DNA of 20,000 nt from an uncultured virus (IMG/VR IMGVR_UViG_3300022858_001422) (IMGVR_UViG_3300022858_001422), one strand, 5' to 3'. Numbered from the stretch's first letter, positions 1 through 8,292 are shown. Program-made: numbers and translations. Notes: a model not told the origin generated them from the sequence alone.

Positions 1-413
1 TGATATTTTCGATGTTCATAAGGAGGTGGTAATAAAAGATACCAACTGGAATTTATTTCAGTGTAGTTTCCATCTGGTGCTTTTCTGTGTGCATAAGATT
101 CTGCTACGTGCGCATAGTCTTCAATAGGTGTGAACTCAGTATTATAAATTAACTTGTCAAATGTTTCACGCTTGCAATGATCCCAGACTAAACCTTGACC
201 GAAAAATGTGATCTCTGGAAGTGAATCGTAATTATTCGTAATGAAATGAAAGCAATCGTAAATGTTATGACCTACGTTATCAATTCTAATAATCTTATCT
301 CCATCAGGAAGAGTATTGCTTTTATCATAAATAATATACCGATTGGTATATTCTTCAATCCATGAACAATTGTTTTTCCAGTTTGAAATTACAAAAAATG
401 CTTCTGGCTTCAT
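1..413 (-). CDS. DUF3431-like putative glycosyltransferase (partial, runs off the window start)
   Basis: Not in the ORF track; translated by hand: MKPEAFFVISNWKNNCSWIEEYTNRYIIYDKS...IDNVGHNIYDCFHFITNNYDSLPEITFFGQG..WDH. This matches the DUF3431 pattern (IYxK, NVG, NYDxLP, FxQG..DH). Its ATG overlaps the TGA of the upstream gene (ATGA, 410-413). Confidence 0.7.
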   Translation of the reverse strand, partial: MKPEAFFVISNWKNNCSWIEEYTNRYIIYDKSNTLPDGDKIIRIDNVGHNIYDCFHFITNNYDSLPEITFFGQGLVWDHCKRETFDKLIYNTEFTPIEDYAHVAESYAHRKAPDGNYTEINSSWYLLLPPPYEHRKY

Positions 414-1069
414 CGGTTTTTCATCCATTGACTACGATTCCTATGAAATCCAAACGTGGGCATATTTCCCATATTGTTTTCTGGAACTGGATTTTCATAG
501 GCAAATTTAGCCGCTACTTCTGATGGTGCATAGTTAATACCTAAATTTAACATAGCTGTACGTCTATAGACTGTACAATTACCATCTTCATTATAAAAAC
601 CTTGTCTTTCCTGTAATTCCCAACCCATTTTTTTAGGCAAGTCAAGAATTTTTTTGCTACGAAGAGACATTCCGCCATTACCATTTCTTACATGCTCTCC
701 TTCATCTGTAATATATGCAGTTTCAGACCATGGCCAAATAGCCCCAATATAGTCATATTGCAACCAGTCGTCATCAAACATTTCTGGCGAAATGACGTAA
801 CCATGGTCTTGCACCATGAGACAATGTGATGTTTGAATATGTTCGCCTAGATCCAAAAATACAAACTTGCTATATTCGTCAATATTTGTAATTTTATCTA
901 TCTGTTCAAATTGAATTTCTGGCGGCAAGCAGTTTGGTTTGTCATGAGATAAAAGTTTCACTTGCCCAAAATTGATTTTCAACATTGAAAATAACATTGC
1001 CTGAATTGTGCCTTTGATCCTGTCGGTGCAGTCAATTGCCACAAGCGTTACATCTGGTAATTCTTTCAT
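410..1069 (-). CDS. DUF5672-family putative glycosyltransferase
   Basis: 219 aa; motifs LPDVTLVAID, TSHCLMVQDHGYV, YDYIGAIWP, NGNGGMSLRSKK, NEDG, TFGFH are typical of DUF5672. Confidence 0.8.
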   Translation of the reverse strand: MKELPDVTLVAIDCTDRIKGTIQAMLFSMLKINFGQVKLLSHDKPNCLPPEIQFEQIDKITNIDEYSKFVFLDLGEHIQTSHCLMVQDHGYVISPEMFDDDWLQYDYIGAIWPWSETAYITDEGEHVRNGNGGMSLRSKKILDLPKKMGWELQERQGFYNEDGNCTVYRRTAMLNLGINYAPSEVAAKFAYENPVPENNMGNMPTFGFHRNRSQWMKNR

Positions 1070-1749
1070 TGAGACACTCCATATTTTTTGAATAAATAAC
1101 TTCTCTCTTTAGAAACCACCTGTTCGTTGATAAACTTATTCGTAGTCTGTCCTTCCCATAAATATTGTGCAGCCGTTGGATGATATAGAAATTCAGGTTT
1201 TCCAAAAATGTTGAGCATCCTGAAGTACATGTCACTGTCTACAAACCAATTTAATTTTTCATCCCATTCTAAAGCCGCAGTTCGTCTTACAGTCAAACAA
1301 GAAGGTGTTCCGATCAAATTCACAAAAAGAGGATTCTGGCTGATACGAGGAGTTTGAAGTTTGAAAAACTTAACTCTATCGTACGAGTGATAATATTGTG
1401 AGACTACCCAATTTTTATCATAAGAAAATGCTTCTACAATTTTTTGCAGAGAATCTTCGCCAATCAAAAAATCATCTTGCATCAGGAACTTGATTATATC
1501 TCCTTCACAGTTCGCTACACAACTATTCAAATTAGCCCCTAGAGACCCTCTACCGTGTTCATTGCGAATATATTTCACTTTATCAAAATTATCGCATAAA
1601 ATCCTGATTTTATCGTCTTTCGAGTGGTCTGACACAACAATTTCATAATCTGTATAGGTTTGCATAAAAATACTGTCTAAAGCGTACTGAAGAAACTCAG
1701 CACCCCGATTGCTCATAGAATATGTGGGAATCGCCATACTAACTTTCAT
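1066..1749 (-). CDS. Glycosyltransferase family 2 (GT-A fold)
   Basis: 227 aa; KVSMAIPTY, SIFMQTYTDYEIVVSDHS, NLNSCVANCEGDIIKFLMQDD (DxD-like), IGTPS, DSDMY. Confidence 0.92.
   Translation of the reverse strand: MKVSMAIPTYSMSNRGAEFLQYALDSIFMQTYTDYEIVVSDHSKDDKIRILCDNFDKVKYIRNEHGRGSLGANLNSCVANCEGDIIKFLMQDDFLIGEDSLQKIVEAFSYDKNWVVSQYYHSYDRVKFFKLQTPRISQNPLFVNLIGTPSCLTVRRTAALEWDEKLNWFVDSDMYFRMLNIFGKPEFLYHPTAAQYLWEGQTTNKFINEQVVSKERSYLFKKYGVSQ
1595..1613. repeat. CATAAAA-N6-TTTTAT palindrome, intragenic copy
   Basis: C ATAAAA TCCTGA TTTTAT, perfect arms, inside the GT2 CDS. Confidence 0.6.
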
Positions 1750-2440
1750 TTAGAAACTCCTTCATCTTAGTTGTATTCATCGTTGTGTTTTTTGGCATGT
1801 GCTTATTCAAAATGTTGAATGACTCTCGAACTCCAGGCTTTGTTTGAATCGCAAGATCATGAATCGTCTTAGTTTCAGTTCCCACGTTGAAAACTCCTTC
1901 AGCGTTATTATCGATAAGACGTATAATCAGTTTTGCAATAACATCTATATAATCGAAACTACCCATTTGCGTTGTTATGGCGTTGTCATAAGGCCACGGA
2001 TTTGGCTTAAATGATGTACGAATCAGTAAATAGTTGTTTGCCCTAGCTTGAACATAAGCATCGCCCAACATCTTTGTATGAGCATACCAGGTTCTATTTG
2101 TAACTGGAACATCATTTTCTGAAGCATTTTCTTTTGATCCAGAATAAATATAGTCTGTTGAAATATGAATTAATTTTTGATTATCAATATTGCACCAATC
2201 CACCAATTTCATTACGCCAACATAATTCGTTTTCCAGTGGTCATCTCTTTCTTTGGAATATGTGTCTGTATTTGCGATACAGTTGACAACCTGTTTATAA
2301 CCATTAATCCGCCAATACCAATTCGTTTTATTGAAATCAATTCCTTCAAATTTACGTGAAACCCAACTCCACGATGGTTTCTGACTCACAAATTCTTTAG
2401 CAAGTCTTCCTGAACCTAGAACAACTACTCTATTTCTCAT
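1739..2440 (-). CDS. RmlD-like NDP-4-keto-6-deoxyhexose reductase (short SDR)
   Basis: 233 aa; Rossmann VVVLGSGRLA, VVNCIA, LIHISTDYIY, catalytic YxxxK (YAHTK), LLIRTSF, GVFNVG. Confidence 0.82.
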   Translation of the reverse strand: MRNRVVVLGSGRLAKEFVSQKPSWSWVSRKFEGIDFNKTNWYWRINGYKQVVNCIANTDTYSKERDDHWKTNYVGVMKLVDWCNIDNQKLIHISTDYIYSGSKENASENDVPVTNRTWYAHTKMLGDAYVQARANNYLLIRTSFKPNPWPYDNAITTQMGSFDYIDVIAKLIIRLIDNNAEGVFNVGTETKTIHDLAIQTKPGVRESFNILNKHMPKNTTMNTTKMKEFLNES

Positions 2441-3749
2441 AAAAACCTTTCAAGACATCATCAAAATATTGAAAAACTTCTTCTGTATATGCAGGAGAAG
2501 CTCCTACAAAAAATACTCTTTTTAGAACTTCGTTAGCCATAGGATAATCTCTAAAATCACCTAGGTGTTCATAGCCAGGATGAATTAATAAATTTCCTGC
2601 AAAATAATTTCTTGTTTGAATTTTATTTTCTTCAAGATAGGCAACAAGCTTTTCTTTTAGCTCTCGATTATGGCAAATAATTCCCGTTCCAAACCAAACT
2701 GGACTTGCGAAATTTAAAACTTTTGGAGATTTAGTTCCAACAACATGATGAAAAGATTTTGAAATTATCTTTTGACTAACATTTCTTTTAGAATAAATTT
2801 CATCCAATTTGCCAATTTGAACTTTTCCAATAGCTCCTTGAAGATCTAAAGGCTTGAGATTATAACCCATTTTTGAAAATACATATCGATGATCAATAAT
2901 CCCATCATAATTTCTCAACCATTTTGAAAATCGTTTTCCACACGCTCCATTAGGTAATAACCCCTCACTACCAAAACAGATGCATGAGCGGCCCCAGGTG
3001 ACTAAACTTCTAATAATATTATAAATTGCTTTATTGCTAGTAACAACCATGCCTCCTTCACCAGTTGAAATCGTATGTGCTGCATAGAAAGAATGACTAC
3101 TAGCAACGGCGAATTTGTTTAGCAACTTTCCTTCCCATTGACTACCAAGAGAATCACAGTCATCTAAAATTAGTTTTAAGTTATGTTTATTGCAAACCCC
3201 GACCAACTTATCCATCTGTGGAGGATTGCCTAATACTGGTGAAAGAAAAACAGCTTTTGTTTTATCTGTAATTTTCTCTTCAATTAAGTCCAAATCAAAA
3301 TTCAACGTGTCAAATTCAATATCAATAAAGACCGGTTTTAGATTGTTCTGAACTACAACAGAGGTTGTAGTTGGAAAACCAACCACTGATACAATAACTT
3401 CATCATTATCTTTCCAATTGTAATATTCCTTTAGTGCTGCGATCATAATCAAATTTGCTGAAGATCCACTGTTCACCATCACAGCGTATTCTTCATTAAT
3501 AGCTTTTGCAAACTGATTTTCAAATTCTTGAACGTTCGTCCCTGCACTAATCCAGCTCCCTGTTAGAAGAGCTTGTGTAGCAGCCACAACTTCTTCTGTT
3601 CCCCAATACGGGCCAGAATAGTAAACTGGTGTTTCACCTGGAATAAAATTGTCAAAATTATTATGAACACATGATGGAATATGAACATCGCAACTTAATT
3701 CATTGATAAAATTTTCAATTCTTTCATTTGTTTTCATTTCTGTTTTCAT
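2430..3749 (-). CDS. rfbH: RfbH/DdhC (E1)-type NDP-4-keto-6-deoxyglucose 3-dehydratase (DegT/DnrJ family, PMP and [2Fe-2S])
   Basis: VNSGSSANL, GFPTT, LGNP, DDCDSLGS, SFYAAHTISTGEGG (His where aminotransferases have the catalytic Lys), WGRSCIC...ACGKRF, DHRYVFSKMGYNLK, IQTRNYFAGNLL. Start uncertain (3770, 3749 or 3737). Confidence 0.9.
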   Translation of the reverse strand: MKTEMKTNERIENFINELSCDVHIPSCVHNNFDNFIPGETPVYYSGPYWGTEEVVAATQALLTGSWISAGTNVQEFENQFAKAINEEYAVMVNSGSSANLIMIAALKEYYNWKDNDEVIVSVVGFPTTTSVVVQNNLKPVFIDIEFDTLNFDLDLIEEKITDKTKAVFLSPVLGNPPQMDKLVGVCNKHNLKLILDDCDSLGSQWEGKLLNKFAVASSHSFYAAHTISTGEGGMVVTSNKAIYNIIRSLVTWGRSCICFGSEGLLPNGACGKRFSKWLRNYDGIIDHRYVFSKMGYNLKPLDLQGAIGKVQIGKLDEIYSKRNVSQKIISKSFHHVVGTKSPKVLNFASPVWFGTGIICHNRELKEKLVAYLEENKIQTRNYFAGNLLIHPGYEHLGDFRDYPMANEVLKRVFFVGASPAYTEEVFQYFDDVLKGFYEK

Positions 3750-3921
3750 TATCGGTTTTATAAAAACCATCTCCCTTCAATATGAAAGTAAGTCCATACT
3801 TGCGAATAACATTAGAGGACTGACACTCTGGACATAAGGGTGTCAGTCCTGAAATTTCTGATAGGCTAGATTCAACATCAAAAACAAGCCCACAATCATT
3901 ACATTCAAAACCATATTTCAT
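3724..3921 (-). CDS. FmdB-family zinc-ribbon protein
   Basis: 65 aa; YGFECNDCG..F...CPECQS..V and C-terminal LKGDGFYKTD, the characteristic FmdB tail. Confidence 0.85.
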   Translation of the reverse strand: MKYGFECNDCGLVFDVESSLSEISGLTPLCPECQSSNVIRKYGLTFILKGDGFYKTDNENRNENK

Positions 3922-3922
3922 A

Positions 3923-4177
3923 TTATACCATTTTCAGAACATCTTCTTTAACCCAATTAATACTCGCAACCCCAAGAGTATTCCATCGTTCAATTTCATA
4001 ACCGTCATCATTAATCATTGCAATCCAATAGTAAGACGCTCCGTTTCCATTTTCTGAAGATAAAAGAAGCTCAAACCCACAAGCAGGAGTAATAAATCCA
4101 CCATCTTGTTTCTCATTAAGCATTGTAAAAGAATCAATTCTAACTTTATTCATGTAATATTCATAAAAGTCTTTCAT
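3923..4177 (-). CDS. Hypothetical protein
   Basis: 84 aa ORF packed tightly between rmlA and the FmdB gene; AGGAG SD lies upstream. Confidence 0.7.
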   Translation of the reverse strand: MKDFYEYYMNKVRIDSFTMLNEKQDGGFITPACGFELLLSSENGNGASYYWIAMINDDGYEIERWNTLGVASINWVKEDVLKMV

Positions 4178-4178
4178 T

Positions 4179-5042
4179 TTAAAACTCCTTGACTAATGAT
4201 TCTAAATATTCTCGATTGTTCACGGATTCTTTTGCTAAATATAAAAGCTGTTCATCGCCAATAAAACCCATTCGCCACGCAACTTCTTCTACACAGGCAA
4301 CCATAATTCCTTGCATTTCCTGAATAGTCTGGACATAATTTGATGCTTTCAATAAGGCATCGTGCGTTCCAATGTCTAGCCAAACCGTACCTCGTTGAAA
4401 AACTTTGACGTATAAGTTGTCGTTTTCAAGATATAATCTGTTTACATCAGTAATTTCAAGTTCTCCACGACCAGAGATTTTCAAGCTCTTTGACTTCTCG
4501 ACTACAGACGAATCATAAAAGTAAATTCCTGGAATTGCAAGATTTGATTTTGGATATTCTGGTTTTTCTTCAATGCCAATAGCTTTGCCATTAGCATCAA
4601 CTTCTACAACACCATAACGTTCTGGATCATGAACTTTATATGCGAAAATAATAGCTCCAGATTCTAATTTTACCGCCTCCCTGAATAGCCCCGAAATTCC
4701 TGCGCCGTACAAAATATTATCTCCTAAAACTAGGGCTACTGTATCATCACCAATAAAATCCTCGCCAATAATAAAAGCTTCTGGAATTCCTCCTGGATTT
4801 TCTTGAACAGCATATTCAATGTTTATTCCAAGATGGTTTCCATTGCCAAATAATTTTCCATATAAAGGAACATATTCAGGAGATGAAATAATCAAAATGT
4901 CTCGAATTCCAGCTAACATCAAAATTGATAAAGGATAGTAAATTACTGGTTTATCAAATAAAGGCAATAACTGTTTTGAAACTACCTTTGTGGAGGGATA
5001 CAGACGTGTTCCTTTGCCACCTGCTAAAATAATACCTTTCAT
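4179..5042 (-). CDS. rmlA: Glucose-1-phosphate thymidylyltransferase
   Basis: 287 aa; MKGIILAGGKGTRLYP, SKQLLP, LVLGDN, PERYGV, EEKP, RGELEITD, WLDIGTHDALL. Confidence 0.97.
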   Translation of the reverse strand: MKGIILAGGKGTRLYPSTKVVSKQLLPLFDKPVIYYPLSILMLAGIRDILIISSPEYVPLYGKLFGNGNHLGINIEYAVQENPGGIPEAFIIGEDFIGDDTVALVLGDNILYGAGISGLFREAVKLESGAIIFAYKVHDPERYGVVEVDANGKAIGIEEKPEYPKSNLAIPGIYFYDSSVVEKSKSLKISGRGELEITDVNRLYLENDNLYVKVFQRGTVWLDIGTHDALLKASNYVQTIQEMQGIMVACVEEVAWRMGFIGDEQLLYLAKESVNNREYLESLVKEF

Positions 5043-6055
5043 TTTCGCTCCTTCATTTCATTTACCCAATCTTGATTTTCAAGATACCAATCTACCGTTT
5101 CAATAAGCCCATCGTTCAAATTTCTTTGTGGACTCCAACCAAGCTCATGTTTGATTTTGCTAATATCAATGGCGTAACGAAAATCATGTCCTAATCGATC
5201 TGGAACATATTCAATCAAGTCTGCATGGTGTGTTCCTGGATACATATCATCAAAAATATCACAAATTTTAGTAATAATCTCGATGTTCTCAATATCACAT
5301 TCGCCACCAATACAATACGTTTCGCCCAGCTTGCCATTCAACATAATTTCATAAATAGCTTCACAATTATCGTCCACGTGAATCCAGTCACGCATCTGTT
5401 TTCCATCACCATAAACAGGAATTGATTTCCCGTTGTATAGATTATTGATTACTTTTGGAATTAGTTTTTCTGGATGCTGATGTGAACCATAGTTATTAGA
5501 ACTGTGTGTAATGATGGTTGGCAATGCGTAAGTATCATGATAGGACTGTACTAAATGGTCACTGCCAGCCTTAGAAGCTGAATAAGGTGAATGGGGATCG
5601 TATCGTGTATTCTCATCAAAAATATGGCTATCTTGAGGTGTTAAAGCACCATAGACCTCATCTGTTGAGATGTGAATAAATCCCTGAAAGCAGTCTTGCT
5701 TTTGAAAATATTTATTAGCTTCATTCAGTAGTGTTGCAGTTCCAAGAACATTAGTTTTCACAAATCCCAAAGGGTCGTTAATAGAATTGTCTACATGAGT
5801 TTCAGCAGCAAAATGAACAATATAATCTGGACGATGAACTTCTAAAACTGATTGAATCAAAGCCCCGTCTAAAATATCTGCCTCAATTGTAAGACAATGT
5901 TCTTCATCAATCCCTTCGAGATTCCGAGGATTTGAAGCATACGTATTTTTATCAATATTAATGATAAAAGAATTTGGCTCTTTTTTCAAAATAGCTTTTA
6001 CATAATGGCTTGCGATGAAGCCAAGGCCACCCGTCACTAAATACATTTTATCCAT
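5039..6055 (-). CDS. rmlB: dTDP-glucose 4,6-dehydratase
   Basis: 338 aa; LVTGGLGFIAS, HFAAETHVDNSI, HISTDEVYG, PYSASKA, SNNYG, HPEKLIP, RDWIHV, DRLGHDFRYAID. Confidence 0.97.
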   Translation of the reverse strand: MDKMYLVTGGLGFIASHYVKAILKKEPNSFIINIDKNTYASNPRNLEGIDEEHCLTIEADILDGALIQSVLEVHRPDYIVHFAAETHVDNSINDPLGFVKTNVLGTATLLNEANKYFQKQDCFQGFIHISTDEVYGALTPQDSHIFDENTRYDPHSPYSASKAGSDHLVQSYHDTYALPTIITHSSNNYGSHQHPEKLIPKVINNLYNGKSIPVYGDGKQMRDWIHVDDNCEAIYEIMLNGKLGETYCIGGECDIENIEIITKICDIFDDMYPGTHHADLIEYVPDRLGHDFRYAIDISKIKHELGWSPQRNLNDGLIETVDWYLENQDWVNEMKERK

Positions 6056-6770
6056 GTGTATATTTTTCTCCTAAGATTATTTTACCACTTAACAATTTAC
6101 CTGTCAAGCGTTTATAAGAAACTCGAAATGGTTCTTCTTCGTTTTCAACACCAATGTAATTTCTAAGGTTGTCTTTGCACCATTCACCGCCACTAGCACT
6201 TCCCATAAATGGGGCAAGAATTGTGTCGCCCTCATTTGTAAAAGGAAGAAATAATCTATTCATTAGTTTCAATGGTTTCTGCCATTGAATATTTTTTCCA
6301 CTTGAGTTCTTTTCTCGTTCCTTACTCATCGTAGAAAAGTTTCCAAGATCGTCAAACACAGAACAGGGAGTTTTCATTCCTGTTCCCTTTTTATCAAAAG
6401 CTGTGCCAGCAGTTTTCTTTGGGATTTGAATTCTGTCGCCACGCCAAGTATAATCATTTCCTTTAGCATAAACTACAATATAATCATGTTTTTGTGGGAA
6501 TTTATTTTTTGGAACTCCACCCCATTCCTGTTTATAAATAAGTGTGTTCAACCATCTATCTTTACCAACGAGATTATCAAGATATGTTCTTAAATGGTGA
6601 AAAGTGGAATCATCAGTTTGTGCCATGAAAATTCCATTTGGTTGTAAAAAATTCCAGTATTTATCAATCCAGGAAAAATCTGTATTCCCATAAATATAGT
6701 CTGCATAGACCAAATCTATGGGAATTTTGATTTCTACCTTCATGTTATCGTTATAATGAAGTTCTAACAT
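6048..6770 (-). CDS. Atypical beta-class (N6/N4) DNA methyltransferase
   Basis: 240 aa; the motif IV position reads DLVYADYIY (usually DPPY); WQKP, then motif I EGDTILAPFMGSAS and RNYIGVE in beta order. Confidence 0.75.
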   Translation of the reverse strand: MLELHYNDNMKVEIKIPIDLVYADYIYGNTDFSWIDKYWNFLQPNGIFMAQTDDSTFHHLRTYLDNLVGKDRWLNTLIYKQEWGGVPKNKFPQKHDYIVVYAKGNDYTWRGDRIQIPKKTAGTAFDKKGTGMKTPCSVFDDLGNFSTMSKEREKNSSGKNIQWQKPLKLMNRLFLPFTNEGDTILAPFMGSASGGEWCKDNLRNYIGVENEEEPFRVSYKRLTGKLLSGKIILGEKYTHG

Positions 6771-7330
6771 TAGTCCTCAAATCCCATGTACTTACGACTT
6801 GACAAGTAATCCGCCAGGTGTACAAACACTTGCAGTCCTGTTTTTGGTTTAGGAAGAACCTCATCATCGTATTTGCTGGTCGACCATTCTCCCATGTGGC
6901 TCGAAATTGCAGTTGCAATCAATTCGCATTGTTCATCTGTTAATAAGTCTTTCAGGTCTGTTTCATGATGTTTTCTAATTTCACTCGCTGCAATAAGTGG
7001 ATGTGTAAAGGCAGTATATTTTTGTTTTACAATCCCAGACTTATAGCCATCATGCAACATCAAAGCTACAATAATAATGTCGCTATATTTTCGCAATGAT
7101 TTGAAATTTTCGTTCTCTAGCAATGAAATTGCAATCTTGATAGCCATACGAACATGTTTTACCAGTCCATGTTCCTCAAGAGCAAATGACGGGTGATATT
7201 TGAGCGAAGAGCTCGCGGGTACATCAAAAAAATAGTCTGGTAAACGATCTAACATTCCCTCGGCAAAAGCCTTCACATTTTTATCTCGAATTAAATTCAA
7301 TTCTTTTTTGAAATATTCTTGTTTTTCCAT
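6770..7330 (-). CDS. HD-domain phosphohydrolase (phage type)
   Basis: 186 aa; PDYFFDVPASSSLKYHP, GLVKH, LMLHD, HP, ISSHMG, VHLADYLSSR. Confidence 0.88.
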   Translation of the reverse strand: MEKQEYFKKELNLIRDKNVKAFAEGMLDRLPDYFFDVPASSSLKYHPSFALEEHGLVKHVRMAIKIAISLLENENFKSLRKYSDIIIVALMLHDGYKSGIVKQKYTAFTHPLIAASEIRKHHETDLKDLLTDEQCELIATAISSHMGEWSTSKYDDEVLPKPKTGLQVFVHLADYLSSRKYMGFED

Positions 7331-7342
7331 TTTATTCCCTTC

Positions 7343-7588
7343 TTAATTATTTTTTGCAACCAATATTTGAATCAATTTTGTATCATGATTGATCTTTTGG
7401 TTTTTCTTTTCAATAAGGTCTGTTAATTCAAATACCATGCTGAGCAACTGATTGATTTGATCCTGTTTTATATCACAACTTTCAGAAAATCCTTCGGCTA
7501 AATCCCAATATTCAATAGCAACCTTTTTCCAATCTACCTTAACAATAAGTTTTCTCCAATTTATTTTTGCCAATCTTGAAAACAACAT
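7343..7588 (-). CDS. Hypothetical coiled-coil protein
   Basis: The ORF track gives 7343..7612; AGGAG SD favours the ATG at 7588 (MLFSRL). Confidence 0.6.
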   Translation of the reverse strand: MLFSRLAKINWRKLIVKVDWKKVAIEYWDLAEGFSESCDIKQDQINQLLSMVFELTDLIEKKNQKINHDTKLIQILVAKNN

Positions 7589-7609
7589 TCTTACTCCTTT
7601 TAAAAACCT

Positions 7610-7628
7610 CATAAAACATTCCTTTCAT
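7610..7628. repeat. CATAAAA-N6-TTTTAT palindrome copy
   Basis: C ATAAAA CATTCC TTTCAT (1 mismatch), intergenic. Confidence 0.7.
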
Positions 7629-7634
7629 ATTGTT

Positions 7635-7904
7635 TTACCACGCTTGTTCATACTCTTTAATTTTCACACCGTTTTCTTCAAGAATGGCTTTAATTTTAAT
7701 TGAACAATCCAGACATAAATCTTCAATTACAAATCCTTCTCGAAGATCACAATCTGAATACTCTTCTCCGTAAATAAAATTTATATCCATAACTCTTTCA
7801 TCATAAGTTGGTGCGTAGCTATGACCAAATTTTTTACCGCACATATCACAAAAAACATCTTTCTCTGCATTTCTTACAATTGTTTTTTCAACATAAGTTC
7901 TCAT
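7635..7904 (-). CDS. Small zinc-ribbon protein (CxxC...CxxC)
   Basis: FCDMCGK...DLCLDC; probable start MRTYVEK at 7904, just after the upstream stop at 7906, with a GGAG SD. Confidence 0.7.
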   Translation of the reverse strand: MRTYVEKTIVRNAEKDVFCDMCGKKFGHSYAPTYDERVMDINFIYGEEYSDCDLREGFVIEDLCLDCSIKIKAILEENGVKIKEYEQAW

Positions 7905-7905
7905 T

Positions 7906-8202
7906 TTATTTTCGCTCCAATTCAACATCAATGGAACATCTTCCTTCTTGTGCACCTTTCAACTGTTCAATCTCAGCGATCAGGTGGTCTAATTGTGTAT
8001 TTGCTGCATAAAGCAATGTGTTGCTAATTTTTAATTGGCATTTCAGGTGGTCAAACTCTGCAAGAATGTCAGCTTCATGCGTTTTAGTTGCTTGCCGATA
8101 TACCATATGATCGTCTTCGTTTCCGTAGAGATCGAACATTTGCCAACGCTGCGCGGATGAAATTAATTTATACAGTTTCGTTTTCATATCATCGTGGTTC
8201 AT
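7906..8202 (-). CDS. Hypothetical protein
   Basis: The ORF track gives 7906..8223; GAGGA SD favours the ATG at 8202 (MNHDD). Confidence 0.65.
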   Translation of the reverse strand: MNHDDMKTKLYKLISSAQRWQMFDLYGNEDDHMVYRQATKTHEADILAEFDHLKCQLKISNTLLYAANTQLDHLIAEIEQLKGAQEGRCSIDVELERK

Positions 8203-8220
8203 TTCTATTCCTCTAAATAT

Positions 8221-8239
8221 CATAAAATTATGATTTTAT
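8221..8239. repeat. CATAAAA-N6-TTTTAT palindrome copy
   Basis: C ATAAAA TTATGA TTTTAT, perfect, intergenic. Confidence 0.85.
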
Positions 8240-8243
8240 TGCT

Positions 8244-8283
8244 AATAGTATAACAACAGAATTTCTCCTGCTGCTATACTATT
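8244..8283 (-). terminator. 16-bp stem-loop (terminator-like, or back-to-back extended -10 elements)
   Basis: AATAGTATAACAACAG (8244-8259), 8-nt loop, CTGCTGCTATACTATT (8268-8283). Both mismatches are G-U pairs in the minus-strand RNA. It lies about 10 nt after the stop of 8293..8676. No clear U-tract follows. Confidence 0.55.
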
Positions 8284-8292
8284 TTGCTAAAA

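Noticed and set aside
1032..1235. 67 aa minus-strand ORF
   Set aside because: It is an alternative frame inside the GT2 and DUF5672 genes with no independent support.
3721..3750. Short tandem repeat AATGAAAAC (about 3 copies, minus strand) at the FmdB/rfbH overlap
   Set aside because: Short and low in complexity; its only visible effect is an ambiguous rfbH start.
1..6055. Ordinary chromosomal O-antigen or rhamnose locus
   Set aside because: No rmlC, flippase, polymerase or chain-length genes are in view, and the cluster is continuous with phage-type genes. Not fully excluded without flanking sequence.
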